Source: Sinorhizobium meliloti (GTDB lineage: Bacteria; Pseudomonadota; Alphaproteobacteria; Rhizobiales; Rhizobiaceae). Taken from it: a DNA stretch of 32,000 bases. Within the stretch, counting starts at the first letter, position 1; every line of letters starts with the position of its first letter. Below the pieces are notes generated by a model. That model saw only the letters and a list, made by a program, of their open reading frames with translations, was not told where the DNA came from and ran no database searches. The stretch spans positions 1,530,001 to 1,562,000 of the forward strand of contig NZ_JAGIOS010000002.1 of NCBI RefSeq assembly GCF_017876815.1, given 5' to 3'. The position numbers were made by a program, and so were the translations under genes. This document shows positions 25,174 through 32,000 of the stretch, in pieces.

Positions 25174-26337
25174 TCAGGCGAAAAGGAAATCGCTGCTCGA
25201 AAAGTTCGCGGCGCTAAGGGTGCCGTTGGGATCGTCCAGCAGAATGGAGAAGGCTTTGCCGGAGGAGTCGTAGCCTTTTACCAGCACGTCGCCGCCCGTG
25301 GCATCATAGGCGTAGACGGTGCCTGCAGCGCCTGAGCTGGAGTATTGCTTAATCCCGAGCTTCTCTATGACGAGGAAATCGACGCCATCCTGGAAATCCA
25401 TGACGGTATCCTGACCACTGAGCACCGGGGCACCTTTGAAGACGAAACGATCGGAATCGGCTCCGCCCCATAGAATATCGGTTCCCGCCTCGCCGATGAG
25501 GACATCCCGGCCGGCGTCGCCGCGCAGGGTATCGTTGCCGTCGCCGCCGAAAATGCGATCGTAGTTGTTGCCGCCGCTCAAGGAATCGTTGCCGGCTTCG
25601 CCGTACAGCATGTCGTCACCGTCATCCCCGAAGACCCGATCGTCGCCGGCACCGACGACGATCTTGTCATTGCCGATGCCGCCGTGGGCCTCGTCGATGC
25701 CGCCCTCGGAATCCAGCACGTCATTACCGTCGCCACCGTCGAGATAGTTGTTCCCGTCGCCGCCATCGACGATGTCGTTGCCGATGCCGCCATAAACCCA
25801 ATCATTGCCGGATTGGCCCTTGAGAGCGTCATTGCCGTCTTCACCATATATCCTGTCGTGGCCGGCGCCGCCGGCGACCGCTTGCTGCGTGACCTGCCCG
25901 GTTGCGGGATTTACCCGGTTGTTGAAGCCGTCGTCTCCCGAACCGGCATAGATGATGTCGTCGCCATCCCCTGCGTCGATGTATTCTTCGCCTGCGCCGC
26001 CAAAAATCTTGTCGTGGCCCCGGCCGCCCAGGATCTGGTCATGGCCGTCGCCGCCATCGAGAATGTCGCTGCCGTCACCGCCGTCTAAGATGTCGTTCCC
26101 TAGTCCGCCCTTCAGCGTGTCATGGCCAAGGCCGCCGTCGAACCGGTCGTTACCCGCGCCACCTTCGGCATAGTCGTCGCCGAGCCCGCCGACGATGAAG
26201 TCATTGCCATCGCCGCCAAAAAGCTTGTCATTGCCCTCGGCGCCATCGAGATAGTCGTCGCCCGCGTAGCCCCAGAGCTCATCGTCGCTCAGAGCGCCGC
26301 GGATCGTGTCGGAAAGATTGGTTCCCTTCAGAATCAT
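25174..26337 (-). CDS. RTX (hemolysin-type calcium-binding) beta-roll repeat protein, probable type I secretion substrate
   Basis: 387-aa ORF with no N-terminal signal peptide. By my reading it has about 28 GGxGxDxUx nonapeptides in two blocks (for example GGDGNDFIVGGLGDDYAEGGAGNDRFDGGLGHDTLKGGLGNDILDGGDGSDILDGGDGHD), separated by an 18-aa linker. An acidic/hydrophobic C-terminal non-repeat domain ends in ...SSSDFLFA. Confidence 0.9.
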   Translation of the reverse strand: MILKGTNLSDTIRGALSDDELWGYAGDDYLDGAEGNDKLFGGDGNDFIVGGLGDDYAEGGAGNDRFDGGLGHDTLKGGLGNDILDGGDGSDILDGGDGHDQILGGRGHDKIFGGAGEEYIDAGDGDDIIYAGSGDDGFNNRVNPATGQVTQQAVAGGAGHDRIYGEDGNDALKGQSGNDWVYGGIGNDIVDGGDGNNYLDGGDGNDVLDSEGGIDEAHGGIGNDKIVVGAGDDRVFGDDGDDMLYGEAGNDSLSGGNNYDRIFGGDGNDTLRGDAGRDVLIGEAGTDILWGGADSDRFVFKGAPVLSGQDTVMDFQDGVDFLVIEKLGIKQYSSSGAAGTVYAYDATGGDVLVKGYDSSGKAFSILLDDPNGTLSAANFSSSDFLFA

Positions 26338-26533
26338 TTTGATTTCCTCTAGCTGTAGGCCGGAGGGCGGGTAAATTGAGAATAGGGCGCAAAGTGATCC
26401 TCAGCCTATAGTCGCTTGCCGCCACCAGGAATTAATTCACTTTCAAATAAAAACTATATATACTACTTATCTTAGAAACCATCAATTACTTTCAACTGAA
26501 CAGGAAAGTTTGGGAAAGTCACATGTGGTTGTA

Positions 26534-26576
26534 TGATGCAACCGAAAAGCACCATATGTTGGACAGGGTTGCATCA
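26534..26576. repeat. 10-bp perfect inverted repeat TGATGCAACC-N23-GGTTGCATCA inside the AT-rich intergenic island
   Basis: Exact reverse complements at 26534-26543 and 26567-26576. An additional GGTTG occurs at 26527-26531. The repeat lies 25 nt downstream of the GT stop (26601) and about 200 nt upstream of the RTX start (26337). Confidence 0.6.
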
Positions 26577-26600
26577 ATTAGTTGTGGGCAATTCATTCAT

Positions 26601-27683
26601 TTAAGCCATTAGGAATTCCGAATATTTGGTGGTCACTGCAGCAATCGCATACTCATTCTCGATGCGTTCCCGCGCCGTGCGCGCATAGCGCGCATACTCC
26701 GCCTCCGGCAGGTCGAGAAAGGCGCGCATTGCATCGGCGAGCGCTTGGGGATCGCGCGCCGGTACGGCGATACCGGCCTTTCCGGCGACCGCGGCTGCGT
26801 CACCGACATCCGTCGTGACGATCGGCTTGCCGAAACTCATGGCCTCCGCGATGACGTTCGGGAAACCTTCGGTCCGCGATGAGAGGACCAAGAGATCGAT
26901 GCCTTGATAGAATTCAGGCATGTCGCTGACCTCCCCCCGGAGATCGACGGCGTGGGCCGGAAGACCGGCTTGTGCCATCAGCTCGATGACCGCCGGGTTG
27001 TCACGGACGAGTCCGTTGCCGGCTGCGGAAAAGACCGCCTGCGGGTGGGTCTTCACCACCTGAGCGGCCGCCTTGAAGAAAGTTCCGTGATCTTTCTGCG
27101 GGTGGAAGCGGCCCACAATACCTATTCGCCGAGCCGTTCGCGGTTCGGGAGCCGCGAGCTGCGGAAGGTCAAAGCCATTGGGAATGACGACCGCGTTCCG
27201 GTTTGCATAGCCGTACGCGCGATGCAGATCGAGCGCGCGGGCGCTGTTGTAGATGATGCCGCTCGGCCGCTGCGACAACAGTTTCGCGGCCGCAATCGCG
27301 ACGCGGGAACTGCGCGTAAGGGAAGCGGGATCGTCCAGAGACTGGCGCACGTTCCAGAAAACCGGCGCCCGATGCCGCGCCATGCCCGCCGCCAGGGTGC
27401 CGGCGACCATCGCGTGGTACATCCAGCAGAGGATCACGTCAGGCTGCTCCTTCCGGATCAGTCGGGCAAGCCGCAGGATCGCGCCGGGAAGCGCCGCGAG
27501 CGAAGCCGCTCCTAACGGGACATAGGCGACCCTCGGATTGTCGGCGAGGCGACGGTTCCGCTCGGAAACGCCGATGAGAGAGACCACGACGATGCGCTCG
27601 TCCGTCGCACCGCGCAGCAGCCGCGCCAGCATCGTTTCGGCGCCGGCGCTCGCGGTGAAATTGGTGATGACATGCATTATCAT
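26601..27683 (-). CDS. glycosyltransferase family 4 (GT-B, Glycos_transf_1)
   Basis: Frame of track ORF 26601..27755. I prefer the ATG at 27683 (MIMHVITNFTASAGAE..., a canonical GT4 N-terminus). The GTG at 27755 would overlap the upstream stop in a GTGA junction, so it remains possible. The C-terminal motif is LVLSSRTEGFPNVIAEAMSFGKPIVTTDVG (the E-x7-E region). Confidence 0.85.
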   Translation of the reverse strand: MIMHVITNFTASAGAETMLARLLRGATDERIVVVSLIGVSERNRRLADNPRVAYVPLGAASLAALPGAILRLARLIRKEQPDVILCWMYHAMVAGTLAAGMARHRAPVFWNVRQSLDDPASLTRSSRVAIAAAKLLSQRPSGIIYNSARALDLHRAYGYANRNAVVIPNGFDLPQLAAPEPRTARRIGIVGRFHPQKDHGTFFKAAAQVVKTHPQAVFSAAGNGLVRDNPAVIELMAQAGLPAHAVDLRGEVSDMPEFYQGIDLLVLSSRTEGFPNVIAEAMSFGKPIVTTDVGDAAAVAGKAGIAVPARDPQALADAMRAFLDLPEAEYARYARTARERIENEYAIAAVTTKYSEFLMA

Positions 27684-27751
27684 CGCAGCGACCCATGTCT
27701 GCCGCTCCGGCGACGTTCTCGGTGGCTGATCTGCGGCACGATGAAAATCCC

Positions 27752-28978
27752 TCACTCGGCCAGGTGCATGCCGGCAAACAGCATCCTGTTGATCATGTGG
27801 ACGTCAAACTTGGTTTCCGCGAGCTCTCGCGACCGCGTTCCCATTTTCTCTGACAGGTCCGGGTCCTGCGCAAAGGCGACCATGGCGTCGGCGAGCGCGG
27901 CGACGTCGCGCGGCTTCACGACCATACCATTGGTTCCCGGCTGCACGGTGTCTCGGCAGCCCGGCAAATCCGTCGTGATCACTGGCCGTCCCGTCGCCAG
28001 GGCCTCGAGAATGCTCCGCGGAATTCCTTCGCGGTAATAGGAAGGCAGAACGAAAACACTACACGCCGCGAGATAAGGCCGCACGTCCACTGTCGTGCCA
28101 AGGTAGTCGAGTATTCCCTCGCGTACCCAGCCGTCGATTTCCTCGCGGGAAATCGCCGTCGGGTTGCTGTCGAAATGGCCGAGCAGCTGAAATCTGGCAT
28201 GCGGGAAAGAGCGACGCACGATCCGTGCGGCTTCGACATATTCGACGACGCCCTTGTCGCGCAGCAGCCGGGCGACCATCAGGAAAGTCGGCCCGCCGCG
28301 AGGCGGCTTCGAGAATTCGAAATGGTCGAGATCGACGCCCGATCCGGAGATCATCGTAGGCGAGAGGCCGGCCTGCAACATTCGGTAGCGGCGAATGTCG
28401 TCGTCGTCCGCGTCGTTGTAGACGAAGACGACGCGGGCGCCCCGCAGCGCAGTACGGTATAGGCGGACGCACAGGTGGCGGATTGCCCGCGCCTTGAGCG
28501 AAGCACCGGCGGCCTCCGAGAATATATGGCCGAGCCCCGTGACGAGAAAGCAGCGCTCCTTTATCCCGAGCGTCCTGGCCGCGATCCCGGCATAGATGAT
28601 CGGCTTCATGGTATAGGGAAGGACGACGTCAGGCTGCAGCCGTGCGAAGTGTCGCCGCAGCGTGCACAAGGTCCGCAGATCCTCCAGCGGGTTGAGCCCG
28701 GTGCGCGCCATGGGGATCTGGATGAAGCGCACGCCGATGCATGCAAGCTCCTGCTCGACCCGGGCGTCGTGTTCGGGTGCGAAGGCTATGACATCGTGCC
28801 CGGCGGCGACCAACCGCTTCAGCAGCTCGAGCCGAAAGATCACGAGAGATGCCGTTAGGCTGGCGACGACGGCAATAACGCGCTTCTGCCGAGACGGGCG
28901 CGCCACTCCGCCGTGTTTTGCCAAATGGTCCGTAAAGTGCTCGGCTTCGGTGCGAGAAACCTTTTCAACAAGATTCAC
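27752..28978 (-). CDS. glycosyltransferase family 4 (GT-B), WbuB/WbjE/PglA-like architecture
   Basis: 408-aa ORF with a GTG start. After a roughly 30-aa leader the core starts at KRVIAVVASLTASLVIFRLELLKRLVAAGHDV. The C-terminal motif is VFVLPSYYREGIPRSILEALATGRPVITTDLPG. The exact start is uncertain. Confidence 0.8.
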   Translation of the reverse strand: MNLVEKVSRTEAEHFTDHLAKHGGVARPSRQKRVIAVVASLTASLVIFRLELLKRLVAAGHDVIAFAPEHDARVEQELACIGVRFIQIPMARTGLNPLEDLRTLCTLRRHFARLQPDVVLPYTMKPIIYAGIAARTLGIKERCFLVTGLGHIFSEAAGASLKARAIRHLCVRLYRTALRGARVVFVYNDADDDDIRRYRMLQAGLSPTMISGSGVDLDHFEFSKPPRGGPTFLMVARLLRDKGVVEYVEAARIVRRSFPHARFQLLGHFDSNPTAISREEIDGWVREGILDYLGTTVDVRPYLAACSVFVLPSYYREGIPRSILEALATGRPVITTDLPGCRDTVQPGTNGMVVKPRDVAALADAMVAFAQDPDLSEKMGTRSRELAETKFDVHMINRMLFAGMHLAE

Positions 28979-29159
28979 TGCTCGTCTCCCGGGATCGGCT
29001 CCACCGTCGAGCGGTGGTATTCAACGTTCAATTTCTCACTGCGTCGGCTGTATACGCGGGCCGCGCGGGGGGCGCCGACTGGTCTGCTGCAATATCGGCG
29101 CGCGGCACGGCTTCCGATCGGCGGGCTTTCGCAGGCGGCCGCACCGATCGTGTAGGTCG

Positions 29160-31358
29160 TCACCTTCCGGGCAGGCGGAACTCCGCGCGGTAGCCGCGTG
29201 GTGATTTCGCTTCCTTGGCCTTGATCCGGCTCTTCGGCCGCAACGGTGTGCGTTTGCTCGCGGCCGCCATCTTGCGATCCGCCTCGTGCTCATATCGAGG
29301 AAGCAATTCGCGCATGACCGCCACGACGCTGGCCTCGTTCCCCCGTTCCGAATGGCGCTGCAGGCGCGCGAAAGCGTCCCTCAGCGTCGGCAGCGGAATG
29401 GGTTCGGGGACCGCTCCGAGGACGCCTGGGACCGGCGAGCTCGTGCGCTTGTCGGTCTCGTCGAAAAGCTCCTCGAAGAGCTTTTCGCCCGGCCGGCAGC
29501 CGATGATCTTGATTTCGATCTCCTGGTCCGGCGTGAAGCCGGCAAGCCGGATCATCCGGCGGGCGATATCGATGATCTTGATCGGTTCACCCATGTCCAG
29601 CACGAAGATCTCGCCCTGGCCGAGCTGCTTTTCGAAGCCGTAGGCGGAAGCCTGCAGGGTGAGTTCCACCGCCTCGCGGATCGTCATGAAGAACCGAGTC
29701 ATATTCGCGTCGGTCACGGTCAGGGGGCCGCCCCGGGCCAATTGACGCTTGAAGAGCGGAATCAGCGAACCGCTGGAACCCAGCACGTTGCCGAAGCGGA
29801 CGGTCATGAAGCGCGGGCCGAGGCCTGTTTCGAGCCCGTTCAGGTCGAGCGCCTGACAGTAGAGCTCGGCAAGACGCTTCGTCGCGCCCATGACGCTCGT
29901 CGAGTTGACGACCTTGTCGGTCGACACCTGGACCATCGCGAGCGTGCCGTATTTCTTGGCGGCGTTGGCGACATTCATGGTGCCGACGACATTGGTGAGT
30001 ACGCCCTCGCAAGGATTCATCTGGACCATCGGCACATGTTTCAAAGCCGCGGCGTGAAAGACGAGCTCAGGCCGGTGCCGCTCGAATATCTCCTCGACCC
30101 GCTGACTGCGGCGGACGCTGCAAAGATAGCTCCACCGCGGAAGTTCGGGGAAGCTTTCCGTGAGCGTCATGTCGATTGCGTAGAGATTGTATTCCGTGTT
30201 GTCGATCAGGACGATCTCCGCCGGTTCGCAGGCGGCGACCTGGGCCGTCAACTCGCTGCCGATCGAGCCGCCGGCTCCGGTGATGAGCACCCGGCGCCCG
30301 CGAACGAGGCGACCGATCGCCTCCCGGTCGAGCGCTGCCTGCGGCCGTTCCAGGAGGTCGGTCAATTCGATCGAGCGCAGCTCGTACGGGTTGTCACCCT
30401 TGGCGCGCTTCAGCTCCGTCATCTGCGACAGGCGCGAAACGGCAATGCCTAGTCTTTCGGCCGATCTCAAAAGGCCGTCGGATGCCTCCTCTCCAAAGGC
30501 CGCGGGGGCCTCGGTGAAGACGATGTGACGCGGCTGCTTGCCCTGTTGCTGCAACTCTGCAACCACCCGCTCGAAGTCTTGAATACGGCCGGCGATCGGC
30601 ACGCCGCGCAGGCTCATGCCGGTTTGATCCTCACTCCTGTCGAGGCATGCGACGGGCGTATAGGTCGCGTTGGGATCGCGTGCGAGAGCCCGAAGGTAAA
30701 GGTCGGCGGCATCGCTCGCGCCGATGAGCAGCAGCGGAATTCGCTTATCGTCCTGTGCGTCCTTGCTGCGCCCGGACTTGAAAACGGGCCGCCTCAGAGC
30801 GAGTTCCTCAGCACGGAAGCTCAGCCGCGCAGCTGCCAGGAAGGCGATGAGCAGGAGCGACTGCATCGGGACGACGGTGCGCGGGATGTCGGTGAGCCTG
30901 GTCGAGAAAAACAGCAGCGAGACGAGCAGCAGCGAGGTCAGCAACACCGCCCGCAAAATGATGAAAAGGTCGGAAATGGACCCATATTTCCAATTTCGGC
31001 TGTAGAGGCCGGAGAGGGGGAAAACGAGTGCGCATATGGTGAGGTATTGCGCACCCGACCATAGCAGCACCGAGGCGGTCTCTGGTCGTGCGGAAAGTTC
31101 TTCGACGCCGTAGCGTAGCAATAATGCCATCGCGAGCGCGACGCCGACCGATGCCAGGTCGGTGAGATAGAGGGCAGGATATTTCTGAACGCTGCGGACC
31201 GCTCCCCTTATCCGCCTGAAGCCGATATCGAGGGCGGCTCCGCAGATCGCCCAGAACATTCTGGCCGGTGCTCTGCTGCCCCCCTCTCTTCCCAAAATAG
31301 TCGGTAACGCCAGGAAATGATTACGAACTGCCTTCGCGGCGGCGTGTATACGCTGCAT
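29160..31358 (-). CDS. membrane-anchored nucleotide-sugar 4,6-dehydratase (WbpM / PglF / CapD family polysaccharide biosynthesis protein)
   Basis: Track ORF 29160..31373, with a likely start at MQRIH (31358). The N-terminal third has several hydrophobic helices, followed by the Rossmann motif VLITGAGGSIGSEL. The SDR catalytic region (STDKVVNSTSVMGATKRLAE) is typical of UDP-GlcNAc 4,6-dehydratases. A basic C-terminal tail follows. Confidence 0.85.
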   Translation of the reverse strand: MQRIHAAAKAVRNHFLALPTILGREGGSRAPARMFWAICGAALDIGFRRIRGAVRSVQKYPALYLTDLASVGVALAMALLLRYGVEELSARPETASVLLWSGAQYLTICALVFPLSGLYSRNWKYGSISDLFIILRAVLLTSLLLVSLLFFSTRLTDIPRTVVPMQSLLLIAFLAAARLSFRAEELALRRPVFKSGRSKDAQDDKRIPLLLIGASDAADLYLRALARDPNATYTPVACLDRSEDQTGMSLRGVPIAGRIQDFERVVAELQQQGKQPRHIVFTEAPAAFGEEASDGLLRSAERLGIAVSRLSQMTELKRAKGDNPYELRSIELTDLLERPQAALDREAIGRLVRGRRVLITGAGGSIGSELTAQVAACEPAEIVLIDNTEYNLYAIDMTLTESFPELPRWSYLCSVRRSQRVEEIFERHRPELVFHAAALKHVPMVQMNPCEGVLTNVVGTMNVANAAKKYGTLAMVQVSTDKVVNSTSVMGATKRLAELYCQALDLNGLETGLGPRFMTVRFGNVLGSSGSLIPLFKRQLARGGPLTVTDANMTRFFMTIREAVELTLQASAYGFEKQLGQGEIFVLDMGEPIKIIDIARRMIRLAGFTPDQEIEIKIIGCRPGEKLFEELFDETDKRTSSPVPGVLGAVPEPIPLPTLRDAFARLQRHSERGNEASVVAVMRELLPRYEHEADRKMAAASKRTPLRPKSRIKAKEAKSPRGYRAEFRLPGR

Positions 31359-31431
31359 GACGGCCCCTTCCAATACTTTTAAGCCCTACAGCTCCGCCGA
31401 ACGACGAACGCACGACCCCCCAAAGCTCTTA

Positions 31432-32000
31432 GAGGCTGCCTCAAAAAGAATTGAGTGATTTCAGCCAGTTGTGATTCCGTCGGATTTGCAAAGATTCGAT
31501 GGAGATCACGATGGCCTGGACTGAAACCACCCGGCGCAATTATGTCCGGCGGACGAGCGGATATGCAAGCGATGTCACGGATCGCGAATGGGATTTTGTT
31601 GCACCGTTCATGCCTGCGCCACGGCGTCTGGGTCGTCCGCGCAAGACTGATTTGCGCGATGTTTTAAACGCCCTTCTCTATATCGCTTCGACAGGCTGCC
31701 AGTGGCGGATGCTGCCGAAGGACTTTCCGCCCTGTTCGACGGTGCAGCGATATTTCTATGAATGGCGGGCAATGGGTCTTTGGCCACGGATCAACCATCA
31801 CCTCGTCATGGAGGCGCGGGAATTGGAGGGGAAAGAAGCCTCGCCGACAGCGGGCGCGATCGACAGCCAAAGCGTTAAAACGACGGAAAGCGGCGGTATC
31901 CGTGGCTTTGATGCAGGCAAGAAGATTAAGGGCCGCAAGCGCCACATCATTGTCGACACGCTCGGGCTGATGGTCGGCCTCATGGTGCACAGCGCCGATA
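31432..32000 (+). mobile_element. IS5-family insertion sequence, left end and 5' part (continues beyond the window)
   Basis: The transposase ORF starts at 31511. The candidate terminal inverted repeat begins GAGGCTGCCTCAAAAAG at about 31432, preceded by TTA/TTAG, which fits TNA/YTAR target preferences in IS5-family subgroups. The boundary is uncertain by a few nucleotides because the right end is not in the window. Confidence 0.6.
31511..32000 (+). CDS. IS5-family DDE transposase (N-terminal 163 codons; truncated by the window edge)
   Basis: Absent from the ORF track because it runs off the edge. My translation from the ATG at 31511 reads MAWTETTRRNYVRRTSGYASDVTDREWDFVAPFMPAPRRLGRPRKTDLRDVLNALLYIASTGCQWRMLPKDFPPCSTVQRYFYEWRAMGLWPRINHHLVMEARELEGKEASPTAGAIDSQSVKTTESGGIRGFDAGKKIKGRKRHIIVDTLGLMVGLMVHSAD. 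It has the DUF4096-type N-domain and the first catalytic D in the IDSQSVKT context, typical of IS5/IS4-like DDE_Tnp_1 transposases. Confidence 0.9.
   Translation, partial: MAWTETTRRNYVRRTSGYASDVTDREWDFVAPFMPAPRRLGRPRKTDLRDVLNALLYIASTGCQWRMLPKDFPPCSTVQRYFYEWRAMGLWPRINHHLVMEARELEGKEASPTAGAIDSQSVKTTESGGIRGFDAGKKIKGRKRHIIVDTLGLMVGLMVHSAD

Noticed and set aside
25500-26300. Highly periodic nucleotide repeats (GGC GGC GAC GGC AAC GAT-like units) that could be mistaken for a tandem-repeat array or CRISPR
   Set aside because: The periodicity is 27 nt and in frame. It encodes the GGxGxDxUx nonapeptides of the RTX protein on the minus strand. There are no unique spacers or direct repeats of CRISPR size.
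26534-26576. The inverted repeat as a classical intrinsic terminator for the glycosyltransferase operon
   Set aside because: The 10-bp stem has a long 23-nt loop. On the minus (transcribed) strand it is followed by TACAACCACATGTG rather than a U-tract. I keep it as an inverted repeat of unknown, possibly regulatory, function rather than calling it a terminator.

Overview
This is a GC-rich (roughly 60-65% by eye) alpha-proteobacterial window. Gene content and order look Rhizobiaceae-like (Sinorhizobium/Ensifer megaplasmid style), but I cannot confirm that without a database search. I support about 30 protein-coding genes, organised in five blocks. (1) 1-5.0 kb, minus strand: a partial FAD-linked oxidase, then a complete sulfate uptake operon sbp-cysT-cysW-cysA. 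(2) 5.3-10.8 kb: a D-threonine-aldolase/D-serine-dehydratase-family PLP enzyme, divergent from a polar-amino-acid-type ABC importer followed by RidA and an IclR regulator. (3) 10.8-18.5 kb: a carbohydrate ABC importer operon (SBP, two permeases, SIS-domain deglycase/deaminase-like protein, PfkB kinase, ATPase), divergent from a ROK regulator. A roughly 180-bp mosaic of five hairpins sits between the SBP and permease genes. (4) 18.7-25.1 kb, plus strand: a tightly coupled six-gene operon. It encodes PAPS synthesis (CysD/NodP and a fused CysN-CysC/NodQ), the pAp phosphatase CysQ, and an uncharacterised trio of PHP phosphoesterase, ATP-grasp ligase and SDR epimerase/dehydratase. (5) 25.2-31.4 kb, minus strand: a glycan module with an almost pure RTX beta-roll protein, two GT4 glycosyltransferases and a membrane-anchored WbpM/PglF/CapD-type 4,6-dehydratase. 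An IS5-family insertion sequence abuts it and runs off the right edge. I found no rRNA, tRNA or CRISPR. The most interesting candidate for undescribed biology is the PAPS-supply operon fused to the PHP/ATP-grasp/SDR trio, next to a 6-deoxy-HexNAc-type glycan module. This suggests a dedicated sulfated or otherwise decorated surface-glycan pathway, yet no sulfotransferase is visible in the window. All functional calls rest on motifs I read in the translations. No homology search was possible.
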